A stretch of DNA of 64,000 bases from Patescibacteria group bacterium. GTDB taxonomy: Bacteria; Patescibacteriota; Patescibacteriia; UBA10025; JBIOWE01. Below the pieces are notes generated by a model. That model had not been told where the DNA came from. It saw nothing but the letters and a program-made list of their open reading frames with translations, and searched no databases. The number at the start of each line of letters is the position of its first letter. Position 1 is the stretch's first letter. Below are positions 46,712 to 55,695 of this stretch, in pieces. The DNA lies in assembly GCA_044868145.1 (NCBI GenBank), contig JBIOWE010000004.1:9395-73394 (forward strand), written 5' to 3'. Position numbers and translations under genes: made by a program.

Positions 46712-47947
46712 CTATATGGCAAATATATCTTTTGCTTTACCGAGCGCATGCACAAGCCGGTCGATCTCCTCTTTGATTGTGTAAACATAAAAGCTTGCAC
46801 GCGCTACAGCTCGGACGCCAATTTTCTCCATCAACGGCTGCGCACACATATGGCCGGCGCGAATGGCAATGCCTTCCTCGTCAACAATAGAGGCTAGATC
46901 ATGCGGGTGTACACCCTTGATGGTAAAGGACAGCACGCCGCCACGCTTGGAAACGTCTTTTGATCCGTAAATCGTCAGATCTGGTACGTTCATAAGCGCT
47001 TTCAATCCATATTCAGTGAGCTCCATTTCCAAGGCATGTACATTTTCCATACCCAGACTCATCAAATAATCAATCGCCGCGCCAAGACCAATTGCGCCAA
47101 CCACGTTCGGTGTGCCCGCTTCGAACTTCCAGGGCAAGTCGTTCCATGTCGCGCGATCAAGATGCACTTCGCGAATCATGTCTCCGCCGCCCAAGAATGG
47201 ATCCATGTGTTCAAGCAACTCCTCTTTCGCATACAAAAAGCCTATGCCTGATGGCGCGAGCATTTTATGGCCGGAGACCGCAAGAAAATCGCAAGCCAAA
47301 TCCTGCACATCCACCAGTAGATGCGGCACGCTTTGTGCGGCGTCGAGAAGAACCTTTGCGCCAACGCGATGTGCTTTGTCCGCAATCATTTTAACAGGAT
47401 TAATCGTGCCAAGGACATTGGACATGTGTGTCACGCCAACGAGCTTGGTTTTGTTGGTGATGAGCGAATCGTATTTGTCCACTTCCAGCATGCCGGTTTC
47501 AAGATTGACGGGTACAAACTTAGTGGTCGCGCCAGTTTCTTTCGCTAATAATTGCCACGGGATAAGGTTCGAGTGGTGCTCCATTTCCGTGAGCACGATT
47601 TCATCGCCCGCTTTGATATTCTGCCTGCCCCAGGTGTACCGAACAAGGTTCATTGCTTCCGTCGCATTCCGCGTGAAAATAATTTCCTTCGTTGATTTGG
47701 CGTTAATCAATACTCGGACTTTTTCTCGTGCGTCTTCGTATGCCGCAGTCGCCTCCTCGGAAATAACGTAAATGCCGCGATGAACGTTTGCGTTGTACTC
47801 ACGTTGGAATTTGTCCATCGCTTCAATAACTACAGCTGGCTTCTGACTCGTGGCCGTCGAATCCAAGTATGCTAACGGCTTCCCATGAATCATGCGCTTG
47901 AAAATCGGGAAGTCTTTTCTTATTTGTTCTGGATTGAGTTTTTTCAT
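46712..47947 (-). CDS. sufS: Cysteine desulfurase SufS
   Basis: YLDSTATSQKP, ANVHRG, SGHKM, FEAGTP, IRAGHMCAQP, RASFY. Confidence 0.97.
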   Translation of the reverse strand: MKKLNPEQIRKDFPIFKRMIHGKPLAYLDSTATSQKPAVVIEAMDKFQREYNANVHRGIYVISEEATAAYEDAREKVRVLINAKSTKEIIFTRNATEAMNLVRYTWGRQNIKAGDEIVLTEMEHHSNLIPWQLLAKETGATTKFVPVNLETGMLEVDKYDSLITNKTKLVGVTHMSNVLGTINPVKMIADKAHRVGAKVLLDAAQSVPHLLVDVQDLACDFLAVSGHKMLAPSGIGFLYAKEELLEHMDPFLGGGDMIREVHLDRATWNDLPWKFEAGTPNVVGAIGLGAAIDYLMSLGMENVHALEMELTEYGLKALMNVPDLTIYGSKDVSKRGGVLSFTIKGVHPHDLASIVDEEGIAIRAGHMCAQPLMEKIGVRAVARASFYVYTIKEEIDRLVHALGKAKDIFAI

Positions 47948-48765
47948 ACGCTTGGCAATGCCAATGTCTGCGACACTTCCTGCGGAACCCGCTCCAACAC
48001 TTTTTGTAGAAACCCCTGCACAATCAGCTGACGCGCCTCGCTTGGTTCAATCCCGCGGCTTTGCAGGTAAAACAACTGTTCATCATTGATCCTGCTTGTG
48101 GTTGACCCGTGCGTTGCTTTCACGTCGTTCGCTTCAATCTCGAGCGTTGGTTGTGAATCCGCGATGGCGTCATCCAAAAGCAGAACGTGGTCGCTGAAAT
48201 ACGAATTCGTTTTTTGCGCCTGCTTTTCTACCTTGATGAGCCCGGAAAACACGCCGCGCGATTTGTTCTGATACACGCCGCGCAGGAGAATATCGCCTTT
48301 CGTGTTTGGCGCTTGGTGATCCATGACTATATGAAATCCCTGATGTTGTTCACGGCTGCCGGCAAAGACGCCGGAGACAAACGCTTCGGCGCCTGGCTCG
48401 ACCAAATCAATTCTTACGTGACATTCGATGCGCGCTCCGCCCCGAACCATCGGCACAAAATGAAAATACGCGTCTCTTTTTACGATAACATGAGCTAGCG
48501 TTATTGAAAAATCATCGACTGCGCAATCCGCTTCCAGAACGAACGTGGCGCGGCTACCCGGTTCGACGAGCAGAGAAAACCGCCGGACTTCATTTGGCCC
48601 GACCTTATCCCTGATGATCTTTTCATTCTTTATGACAGTTGTTTGGCTTTTCTTCTCATCTTGCAGATCAAACAAAAAATTTTCCGGAAATTTTCTCAAT
48701 GAGTCAGCTTTCGGGTACAAAGCTCGGTTTGTTTGTTTGACAATAAAGTTGGTGTTTGTTACCAT
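47944..48765 (-). CDS. sufD: Fe-S assembly protein SufD (short form)
   Basis: F.GLIKV..AQKT..LLL..P.LEIEANDVKATHG..QLFYLQSRGI; start probably MVTNT. Confidence 0.9.
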   Translation of the reverse strand: MVTNTNFIVKQTNRALYPKADSLRKFPENFLFDLQDEKKSQTTVIKNEKIIRDKVGPNEVRRFSLLVEPGSRATFVLEADCAVDDFSITLAHVIVKRDAYFHFVPMVRGGARIECHVRIDLVEPGAEAFVSGVFAGSREQHQGFHIVMDHQAPNTKGDILLRGVYQNKSRGVFSGLIKVEKQAQKTNSYFSDHVLLLDDAIADSQPTLEIEANDVKATHGSTTSRINDEQLFYLQSRGIEPSEARQLIVQGFLQKVLERVPQEVSQTLALPSV

Positions 48766-48797
48766 AGTACAAACTATCAAAAAAATAAGGAGGTAGA

Positions 48798-49040
48798 ATG
48801 ATACTGTTGCAAGGTGTTTCCTGGATGTTCCTCGTTAGTACTGCGATCTTGCGAGTGACTCTTGCTACTCACAAGGCGTCGATATGGCTCAAGTTCATGG
48901 CAGTTGGCTTTCCGGTCATTGCAGCTCTTTTCTTTGGACTCAGAGCGAAAAAAGATCCTACCACGATAAATCTAGCGGGATTAATCCTCAGTATCGTGTT
49001 TTGCCTCATTCAATTCGAACATTTCGTCCTCGCGTCCTAA
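48798..49040 (+). CDS. Small 3-TM membrane protein inserted antisense between sufB and sufD
   Basis: SD AAGGAGG; promoter TTGACA (48737-48742), 17 nt, TACCAT; terminator AAGCCTCG..CGAGGCTTTTT at about 49050-49078. Confidence 0.7.
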   Translation: MILLQGVSWMFLVSTAILRVTLATHKASIWLKFMAVGFPVIAALFFGLRAKKDPTTINLAGLILSIVFCLIQFEHFVLAS

Positions 49041-49087
49041 CAAGTCTTAAAGCCTCGCAAACCTGACGAGGCTTTTTTATTTTCAAA

Positions 49088-50494
49088 TCACCCTACCGAA
49101 CCACTCATCTCTAATTGAATCAGCCGATTCAGCTCTATTGCATACTCGATGGGCAGTTCCTTGGCAATCGGCTCAATGAATCCCTGCACAATCATGCTCG
49201 AGGCTTCCTGTTGGGAAAGACCGCGCGACATCAAGTAGAACAACTGTTCCTCGCCAATACGTCCGACCGAAGCTTCATGGCTAATTTGCACGTCTGACTC
49301 GCGGATGTCCATCGTGGGATACGTGTCGGATCGCGCAGTTTCATCAAGCAAGAGCGCGTCGCATTGTACGGACGACTTTACGCCTTTCATCCCTTTTGGC
49401 ACGCGAATTAAGCCGCGATACGACGTTCGCCCCGTTTCTTTTGAAATGGACTTGGACACAATCGTGGACGTGGTATATGGCGCGCCATGAATTGCTTTGC
49501 CGCCGGCGTCTTGATGCTGGCCACTGCCCGCAAACGCGATGGACAGTACATCGCCTTTCGCGCCTTTGCCAAGCAAGTACACCGACGGGTATTTCATCGT
49601 AATCTTGCTGCCAAGATTTCCGTCCACCCATTCCATGGTCGCATCTTCATAAACGTAAGCGCGCTTTGTTACCAAATTGTACACGTTCTTGGACCAGTTT
49701 TGCACGGTGGTGTAGCGGACGCGGGCGCCTGGCTTGACGATAATTTCCACGACGGCCGAATGAAGCGAGTCCGCACGGTACACCGGAGCAGTGCAGCCTT
49801 CAACATAATGCACATATGATCCTGGCTCGGCAATAATCATGGTCCGCTCAAACTGTCCTGCTTTCTCTGCGTTAATACGGAAATACGCTTGCAATGGGAT
49901 GTCGACTGACACACCGGCAGGGATATAAACGAAACTCCCACCGCTCCACACGGCGGTATTCAACGCGGAGAATTTGTTGTCTGCCGCAGGAATCACTTTG
50001 CTGAAATATTGCTTAACAATATCGGGGTACTTCCGGAGCCCGGTGTCCATGTCGAAGAACAACACACCAAGCTTTTCCAGTTTTTCCTGCAAACTGTGAT
50101 ACACGGCTTCCGATTCATACTGTGCCATCACGCCAGCGAGAAATTTCTGCTCCGCTTGGGGAATGCCGATCTTTTGATACGTGTTGCGAATCTCATTCGG
50201 TAAGTCTTCCCAGCGTTTTGCGATTTTCCCCGTCGGCCGCAGGTAATAATGGATAGAATCGAAATCAATCGTAGATAGATTGGCACCCCACGTCGGCATT
50301 GGTTTCTTCACAAATACGTCATACGCGCGGAGGCGAGCTTGCAGCATCCAATCCGGCTCTTTTTTGTAATGCGAGATTTGTTCAACTACGCGTCGCGACA
50401 ACCCTGGCTCCGCAATAAACGAATAGTTCACCGGGTCAGGCCCGAGCTGGCCGGTTGAAACGTCAATAACTGGTTGTGTTTGCACTTTTTGCAT
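49088..50494 (-). CDS. sufB: Fe-S assembly protein SufB
   Basis: EPDWML..R, ALNTAVWSGGSF, GQFERT, YVEGCTAP, LHSAVVE, YNLVTKR, HEASVG. Confidence 0.98.
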   Translation of the reverse strand: MQKVQTQPVIDVSTGQLGPDPVNYSFIAEPGLSRRVVEQISHYKKEPDWMLQARLRAYDVFVKKPMPTWGANLSTIDFDSIHYYLRPTGKIAKRWEDLPNEIRNTYQKIGIPQAEQKFLAGVMAQYESEAVYHSLQEKLEKLGVLFFDMDTGLRKYPDIVKQYFSKVIPAADNKFSALNTAVWSGGSFVYIPAGVSVDIPLQAYFRINAEKAGQFERTMIIAEPGSYVHYVEGCTAPVYRADSLHSAVVEIIVKPGARVRYTTVQNWSKNVYNLVTKRAYVYEDATMEWVDGNLGSKITMKYPSVYLLGKGAKGDVLSIAFAGSGQHQDAGGKAIHGAPYTTSTIVSKSISKETGRTSYRGLIRVPKGMKGVKSSVQCDALLLDETARSDTYPTMDIRESDVQISHEASVGRIGEEQLFYLMSRGLSQQEASSMIVQGFIEPIAKELPIEYAIELNRLIQLEMSGSVG

Positions 50495-50508
50495 AGGTTA
50501 GATATTTC

Positions 50509-51258
50509 CTAGACCGGCTGCAAGGCTGCTTCATACCCTCGCTCCTCAATCTGGTGCGCGAGTTCCTTACCGGATGACTTCACAAGTTTTCCATTAACCA
50601 TCACGTGCACAACATCCGGTTCGATGTGCTGCAGGACTCGGGAATAATGCGTGATGATAAGCATGCCCACGTTCGGTCCGCGCAGCGTATTCACTCCTCG
50701 CGCGACCATTTTGAGCGCGTCCACGTCGAGCCCTGAATCCGTCTCGTCGAGAATCGCGATTTTCGGCTCGAGCACGGCGAGTTGCACGATTTCCATCCGT
50801 TTCTTCTCCCCACCGGAAAATCCTTCATTAAGAGAACGTTTGATAAAACTTTCGTCCATACCGAGCAAGCGCATTTTTTCTTTTAATCTTTTTAAAAACT
50901 CTCCGACATTGACCGGTCGTTCTTTTGTACCGTGCAGGCTATTATAGGCGGTGCGCAAAAAATTCTGGATGGACACGCCCGACACTTCCACGGGATACTG
51001 GAAGGACAAAAAAAGGCCGAGCTTGGCTCGTTCATGCGGCGCTAGCGATAAAACGTCTTGCCCGTCAAACGTTACGGAGCCCTTCGTAATCTTATAACGC
51101 GGATGACCCATCAGCGCATTGGCAAGTGTAGACTTTCCTGAACCGTTCGGACCCATCAGCGCATGCACCTCACCTTGCGGAATGACGAGGTTCATTCCTT
51201 TGATAATTTCTGTTCCGTCTACTGTAACGTGAAGGTTTTGGAGATCGAGTGATTGCAT
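50509..51258 (-). CDS. sufC: Fe-S assembly ATPase SufC
   Basis: HALMGPNGSGKSTL, FQYP.E, NEGFSGGEKKR, LDETDSGLDVD, ITHY; start moved to MQSLDL. Confidence 0.98.
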   Translation of the reverse strand: MQSLDLQNLHVTVDGTEIIKGMNLVIPQGEVHALMGPNGSGKSTLANALMGHPRYKITKGSVTFDGQDVLSLAPHERAKLGLFLSFQYPVEVSGVSIQNFLRTAYNSLHGTKERPVNVGEFLKRLKEKMRLLGMDESFIKRSLNEGFSGGEKKRMEIVQLAVLEPKIAILDETDSGLDVDALKMVARGVNTLRGPNVGMLIITHYSRVLQHIEPDVVHVMVNGKLVKSSGKELAHQIEERGYEAALQPV

Positions 51259-51309
51259 AAAAATCGTGGCACGTATAGGTAGGGATACCACGACCTTCCT
51301 TGTCCGTCA

Positions 51310-51411
51310 ACCCACCCACCAATTTTATAGGTCAGACCGGATTGAAATAACAGTGAATCGAATTATCAGTTAATGCCTTTTTATTGTTCTGTCTAAAATT
51401 GGTGGGCGGGT
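51310..51411. mobile_element. MITE-like element (102 bp) with 18-bp terminal inverted repeats
   Basis: ACCCACCCACCAATTTTA and TAAAATTGGTGGGCGGGT (one mismatch); AT-rich interior. Confidence 0.6.
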
Positions 51412-51423
51412 CAACCCCAAAAA

Positions 51424-52935
51424 CTAGGACGCTACCTTCTGAATACTGAAAATTTTCTCTCGTTTGAGCGCTTCAAGCGCCAGCATTATGCGGTCATCAC
51501 TCTCGGCATATAGCGTATACAGCCGTTCGCCTTTTCGGATGCGCTGACCGATCCGCTTGTTGATGTAGATGCCTGCTTGGGGGTCGTGCGGTGCGCCCAG
51601 AATACGAGCGACGTCATCAATCGCCTTGTTATTGACAAAAACGACGGTACCGTAATTCGGGGCGTGGACGCGGTACCGCTTCGTCGCCATGGTCAAATCC
51701 TCGGAATCAATCTTTGGATTCCCGCCTTGCGCTTTAATCATCGCCTGCATTTTCTTCCACGCACGTCCGGTGCCAATTGCCTCACGCGCCGCCTCTTCTC
51801 CCTCGCCTACCTTCATCGCGCCGCATAGTTCGAGTAATTCGCCGGCGAGTCTTATCGATTTTTGCTCGAGGTCTGTTGGGCGGCGATCTTTTTGCTGCAA
51901 GACACGCAGCACGTCCCGCGCTTCGAGCACCGGACCGATCCCACGGCCGATTGGCTCACGCGCTTCGGTCAGTACGACCTTCGTCTTAATGCCAAACTGC
52001 CGACTTAAATACACAAACTTTTCACGCACGTGCCAAGCGATCTTTTTGTCCGGTATTTTTGTCGTCGGTCCAAACGGAATATCAATGACCAGGTGCGTTA
52101 TACCGGTCGCCACTTTCTTTGCCATAATCGAAACGAGCATTTTTGTGTATGGCTCAATGCCGATTGAGCGCGACACTTGAATAATGTGGTCATCCGCCGG
52201 CGCGAGTCGGAAGCTGCCGCCCCACACCATGCATCCATCTGTTTTTTTCACTACCTGTCTGATTTTGGTCAGGGACAAACTCACTGGCGCAAGCACTTCC
52301 ATGGTGTCCGCCGTTCCGGAGGGAGACGTTATGGAACGAGAAGATGTCTTTGGGATCAACACGCCATAGCTGGCAACAATCGGGACAACGACCATCGTTG
52401 TTCGATTGCCGGGCAACCCGCCCACTGAATGTTTGTCCGCGACAATCTTACCGGGAAACTTCAATGTATCACCGGTCTCCGCCATTGCCTTCGTCAAATA
52501 GAACAATTCTTGATCGCTATACTCTTTTGCAAAACTTGTAGCAACGAAGTAGGTTATCTCTACCGGGCCGAGTCGGTGCTCAACAATATCTTTCACAATA
52601 GAATATATTTCCTGATACTTGAGCGGTTTGTTCAAAAGCTTTTTTTGAATTGCTCGAATAGAAGCCGGGCGGGAGAGTATGGCAATCTCAATCGGCTCCC
52701 CGTTCTTTACTTTATGCTCGTGCCAAATCTCCCGGAAAAAGCCAACCTCGCCGCGTTTAACCTTTGTGCGGGTGTAGTACGCGCGGCAAATAATTTTCTT
52801 ACCATTCCAAGCAATCTCAATCAAGTCGCCGAGAATAATGCCGAACGTGATAGCTTCTCGCTCGTGCATCACCACGACCCACGGCTCACCCCCGGAGGAG
52901 AAATCGAGTTTTTTCGCGCGTAAGTAAAAAGCCAT
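51424..52935 (-). CDS. AMP/thymidine phosphorylase (archaeal-type, long N-terminus)
   Basis: N-terminal double-psi barrel-like domain, DKHSVGGLPGNRTT, PKTSSRSITSPSGTADTMEVLAPV, PIGRGIGPVLEARDVL. Confidence 0.93.
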   Translation of the reverse strand: MAFYLRAKKLDFSSGGEPWVVVMHEREAITFGIILGDLIEIAWNGKKIICRAYYTRTKVKRGEVGFFREIWHEHKVKNGEPIEIAILSRPASIRAIQKKLLNKPLKYQEIYSIVKDIVEHRLGPVEITYFVATSFAKEYSDQELFYLTKAMAETGDTLKFPGKIVADKHSVGGLPGNRTTMVVVPIVASYGVLIPKTSSRSITSPSGTADTMEVLAPVSLSLTKIRQVVKKTDGCMVWGGSFRLAPADDHIIQVSRSIGIEPYTKMLVSIMAKKVATGITHLVIDIPFGPTTKIPDKKIAWHVREKFVYLSRQFGIKTKVVLTEAREPIGRGIGPVLEARDVLRVLQQKDRRPTDLEQKSIRLAGELLELCGAMKVGEGEEAAREAIGTGRAWKKMQAMIKAQGGNPKIDSEDLTMATKRYRVHAPNYGTVVFVNNKAIDDVARILGAPHDPQAGIYINKRIGQRIRKGERLYTLYAESDDRIMLALEALKREKIFSIQKVAS

Positions 52936-52959
52936 AGTCCTTTTATTATAGCATGATAC

Positions 52960-53607
52960 TTATCGGGATTGTGCCACCCCAACGCGCGGACACCATTTCC
53001 GGATCGCGCACGTTGAACAAAACGGGGAAACCGGCACGCAGACGTTCTGACCCCAGGTGACAAGCAGTTCATTCCAGCGTTTCCAATATTTCTTTGGTAA
53101 TACTTTATAAAGAGCGAACTCCGTTTCTTCGGGCGTTTTTGTTTTGACAATGCCGAGCCGATTCGAAATGCGGTGCACATGCGTATCAACACAAATGCCC
53201 TCCTTATTGAATGCGACAATGCGGACGAGATTTGCGGTCTTCCTGCCAACGCCTGGAAGGGAAAGTAAGTCTTCCATCTTGGAAGGAACCTTGCTATGGT
53301 ATTTTTCCAGAAGTATTCGACACGCCTGCTTCAAGTGCTTTGCTTTTGTATGATAAAAGCTCACCGGATAAATGAGCTTTTTAACTTCCGCAAGCGGAAG
53401 TTTGAGAATGGCGCGTGGCGTAGGCGCTCGCTTGAACAATCGCGCTTGCGCTCCTTCGGTCACTTCGTCTTTTGTCTGCGCAGACAACATGGTGGATACG
53501 AGTACGCGGAATGGGTCATGCCGTCGCCCTACCTTTTCGACGATTGGCTCCTCGTATTGCTTGATGGCTTGTGAAAGCGTTTGGTAGATGTGGTCTATTC
53601 GATTCAT
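52960..53607 (-). CDS. nth: Endonuclease III
   Basis: LVSTMLSAQTKD, LPGVGRKTAN, VDTHVHRISNRLG, C-x6-C-x2-C-x5-C cluster. Confidence 0.97.
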   Translation of the reverse strand: MNRIDHIYQTLSQAIKQYEEPIVEKVGRRHDPFRVLVSTMLSAQTKDEVTEGAQARLFKRAPTPRAILKLPLAEVKKLIYPVSFYHTKAKHLKQACRILLEKYHSKVPSKMEDLLSLPGVGRKTANLVRIVAFNKEGICVDTHVHRISNRLGIVKTKTPEETEFALYKVLPKKYWKRWNELLVTWGQNVCVPVSPFCSTCAIRKWCPRVGVAQSR

Positions 53608-53613
53608 ACACGG

Positions 53614-53640
53614 GTAGGTCAGGGCCAGGCCCTGACCTAC
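53614..53640. repeat. 27-bp GTAG-type REP-like palindrome (copy 1, downstream of ispH)
   Basis: GTAGGTCAGGGCC-A-GGCCCTGACCTAC. Confidence 0.75.
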
Positions 53641-53653
53641 GATGGAATAATTC

Positions 53654-54655
53654 TTACACCCGCATCTTCACCCCTGCTTTGATATGATGTTTATCGAGAA
53701 GCGTTCGGGCCTCGGCATGTTGTCCTGCATGTCCAACAAGGTCTTTTGGCAAACCGAAGAACACGCTTTCCTTCAAAACTTCCAGCGTCTCAACCGAGCT
53801 CGCGCCTTTGGATTTCAGAAAGTCAATGAGTTCTTGCACGAGCACTTCTGGGGCAGACGCACCGGAGCTGATGCCAACGGTCTTCACGTTCGCAAGCCAT
53901 GCCGGATCAACATCGCGATGCGAATCAATCAGATAGGCGGGGACGCCTGCGGACCGGGCAACGTCCACCAGTCGGTTGGAGTTAGAGCTTGCTTTGGACC
54001 CGATTATCAGGATAAGGTCAGAGTGTTTTGCCAGCTCCTTAACTGCGCGCTGGCGATTGGTTGTCGCGTAACAAATGTCTGCTGTCGGCGGAACCAGGAG
54101 TTTGGAGAATCGGCCTTTGAGTGAACTAATCACCGCGTGCGTCTCGTCAATACTCAATGTTGTCTGGGTTAGTACCACAACTTTTTCTGGCGTTGGGACG
54201 TTCACTTGTTCCGCTTCCTGGATAGTTTCGATAAGCATAGTTGATTGTGCCGGAACTTCACTCATCGTCCCTCTTGGCTCGAGATGGTCTTTGTGGCCAA
54301 CCATAATGATGAAATATCCTTCGCGATGATACCGTATAGCTTCAAGGTGCACTTTTGTCACAAGTGGACAGGTGGCATCAATCACCTGTAGCTTGCGACT
54401 GCGCGCTTTTTCATAGTCAGGCTTCTTCGACCCGTGCGCGGAAAAAACAACACGCGATCCTTCCGGTACTTCTTCAACCGTTTCGACAAAGATCGCCCCT
54501 TTCTTCTCGAGCTCGGATACCACAAAATTATTATGCACGATCTGATGCTTCACATAGATCGGCTTGCCGTACGCCAAAAGCGCCAGCTCGACAATGTCAA
54601 CGGCTCTATCGACGCCAGCACAGAAGCCGCGTGGATTGGCAAGCAAAATTTTCAT
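53654..54655 (-). CDS. ispH: 4-hydroxy-3-methylbut-2-enyl diphosphate reductase
   Basis: PRGFCAGVDRA, IVHN, SAHG, DATCPLVTKVH, TQTTLS, ICYATTNRQ, SSNSNRL, GASAPE; start moved to MKILLAN. Confidence 0.98.
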   Translation of the reverse strand: MKILLANPRGFCAGVDRAVDIVELALLAYGKPIYVKHQIVHNNFVVSELEKKGAIFVETVEEVPEGSRVVFSAHGSKKPDYEKARSRKLQVIDATCPLVTKVHLEAIRYHREGYFIIMVGHKDHLEPRGTMSEVPAQSTMLIETIQEAEQVNVPTPEKVVVLTQTTLSIDETHAVISSLKGRFSKLLVPPTADICYATTNRQRAVKELAKHSDLILIIGSKASSNSNRLVDVARSAGVPAYLIDSHRDVDPAWLANVKTVGISSGASAPEVLVQELIDFLKSKGASSVETLEVLKESVFFGLPKDLVGHAGQHAEARTLLDKHHIKAGVKMRV

Positions 54656-54696
54656 ATGTAACGACAGTCTAACATGGGATCCATGCTCGAACAAAC

Positions 54697-54723
54697 GTAG
54701 GCCATGGCCTGGCCATGACCTAC
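54697..54723. repeat. 27-bp GTAG-type REP-like palindrome (copy 2, upstream of ispH)
   Basis: GTAGGCCATGGCC-T-GGCCATGACCTAC; its reverse complement differs from copy 1 at 3 positions. Confidence 0.75.
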
Positions 54724-54746
54724 CAGGGTTATTTTGTGTAGCTTAT

Positions 54747-55496
54747 TTATTCCAATAACAGCAAAAGTCCCATCACGCCGATGCCCAACAAGAAAAATAC
54801 GAGTTGTGCAAACGAATGACCAGTTCGTCGCTCACGATAAATCTCCGGTATGAGGTCTGCAGCCGCGATGTAAATAAAGCCGCCAATAGTGAACGGCACC
54901 AGAATGTGAGCGACATTTTGAACTGACACACCTATAATGAGGGTGATGACCGCTCCAAGCACAGCAGTAAGCGCGGAAAGGAAGTTAAACAAAAGTGCTT
55001 TTCCGCGGCTATACCCGGCATGGATCAGAATGCTAAAGTCGCCAATTTCCTGGGGAATTTCATGCAAAAAAACCGCTATTGTGGTAGACAGTCCAAGCGC
55101 CGGGTTTACGAGAAAACTGCCGGCAATAATGACTCCATCAATAAAATTATGAAATGCGTCACCGACAAGATTAATAAGCCCAACGGGGTGGGGGTGGTCT
55201 TCCGATGTGGGTATGTGGCAGTGCCGCCAAAAAATAATCTTTTCAAGTATAAAAAACAATACGATGCCTGCAAGAATAAACAACGATGACGTAAAGACAG
55301 CTTGAGTTTCTTGAAACGTTTCTGGTAAGAGATGGATAAATGCGTCGCCAAGAAGAGCGCCAGCGGCAAAACTCACAAAAAAGAGGAGGATTCTCTTCAG
55401 CTTGTCAATCTGTATAGCAAGCGTTAAAGCGCCCATGAAAGATACAAGACTGACAACCACAACGCCGGCTATCGTGTAAAACCAAATTTCCTGCAT
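54747..55496 (-). CDS. ZIP family metal transporter
   Basis: FAAGALLGDAFIHLLPE, WRHCH, DAFHNFIDG, HEIPQEIGDF. Confidence 0.95.
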   Translation of the reverse strand: MQEIWFYTIAGVVVVSLVSFMGALTLAIQIDKLKRILLFFVSFAAGALLGDAFIHLLPETFQETQAVFTSSLFILAGIVLFFILEKIIFWRHCHIPTSEDHPHPVGLINLVGDAFHNFIDGVIIAGSFLVNPALGLSTTIAVFLHEIPQEIGDFSILIHAGYSRGKALLFNFLSALTAVLGAVITLIIGVSVQNVAHILVPFTIGGFIYIAAADLIPEIYRERRTGHSFAQLVFFLLGIGVMGLLLLLE

Positions 55497-55695
55497 ACGT
55501 ATCTCTTAGGCTATCATGCGACCTGGTAAGGGTCAACCCAGCACCACTTTTACAAAGCCGTTCAAGTATTGGAAACCATACTCTACGTTGCGGTCAGTGC
55601 ATTACGCCGTACGTAATACAAAAAGTGGTGCTGGGTCAATGCAAAAAGGGGCCAATGAACGGCCCCTTTCACTCGTATTGAATAAATTTCCATCC

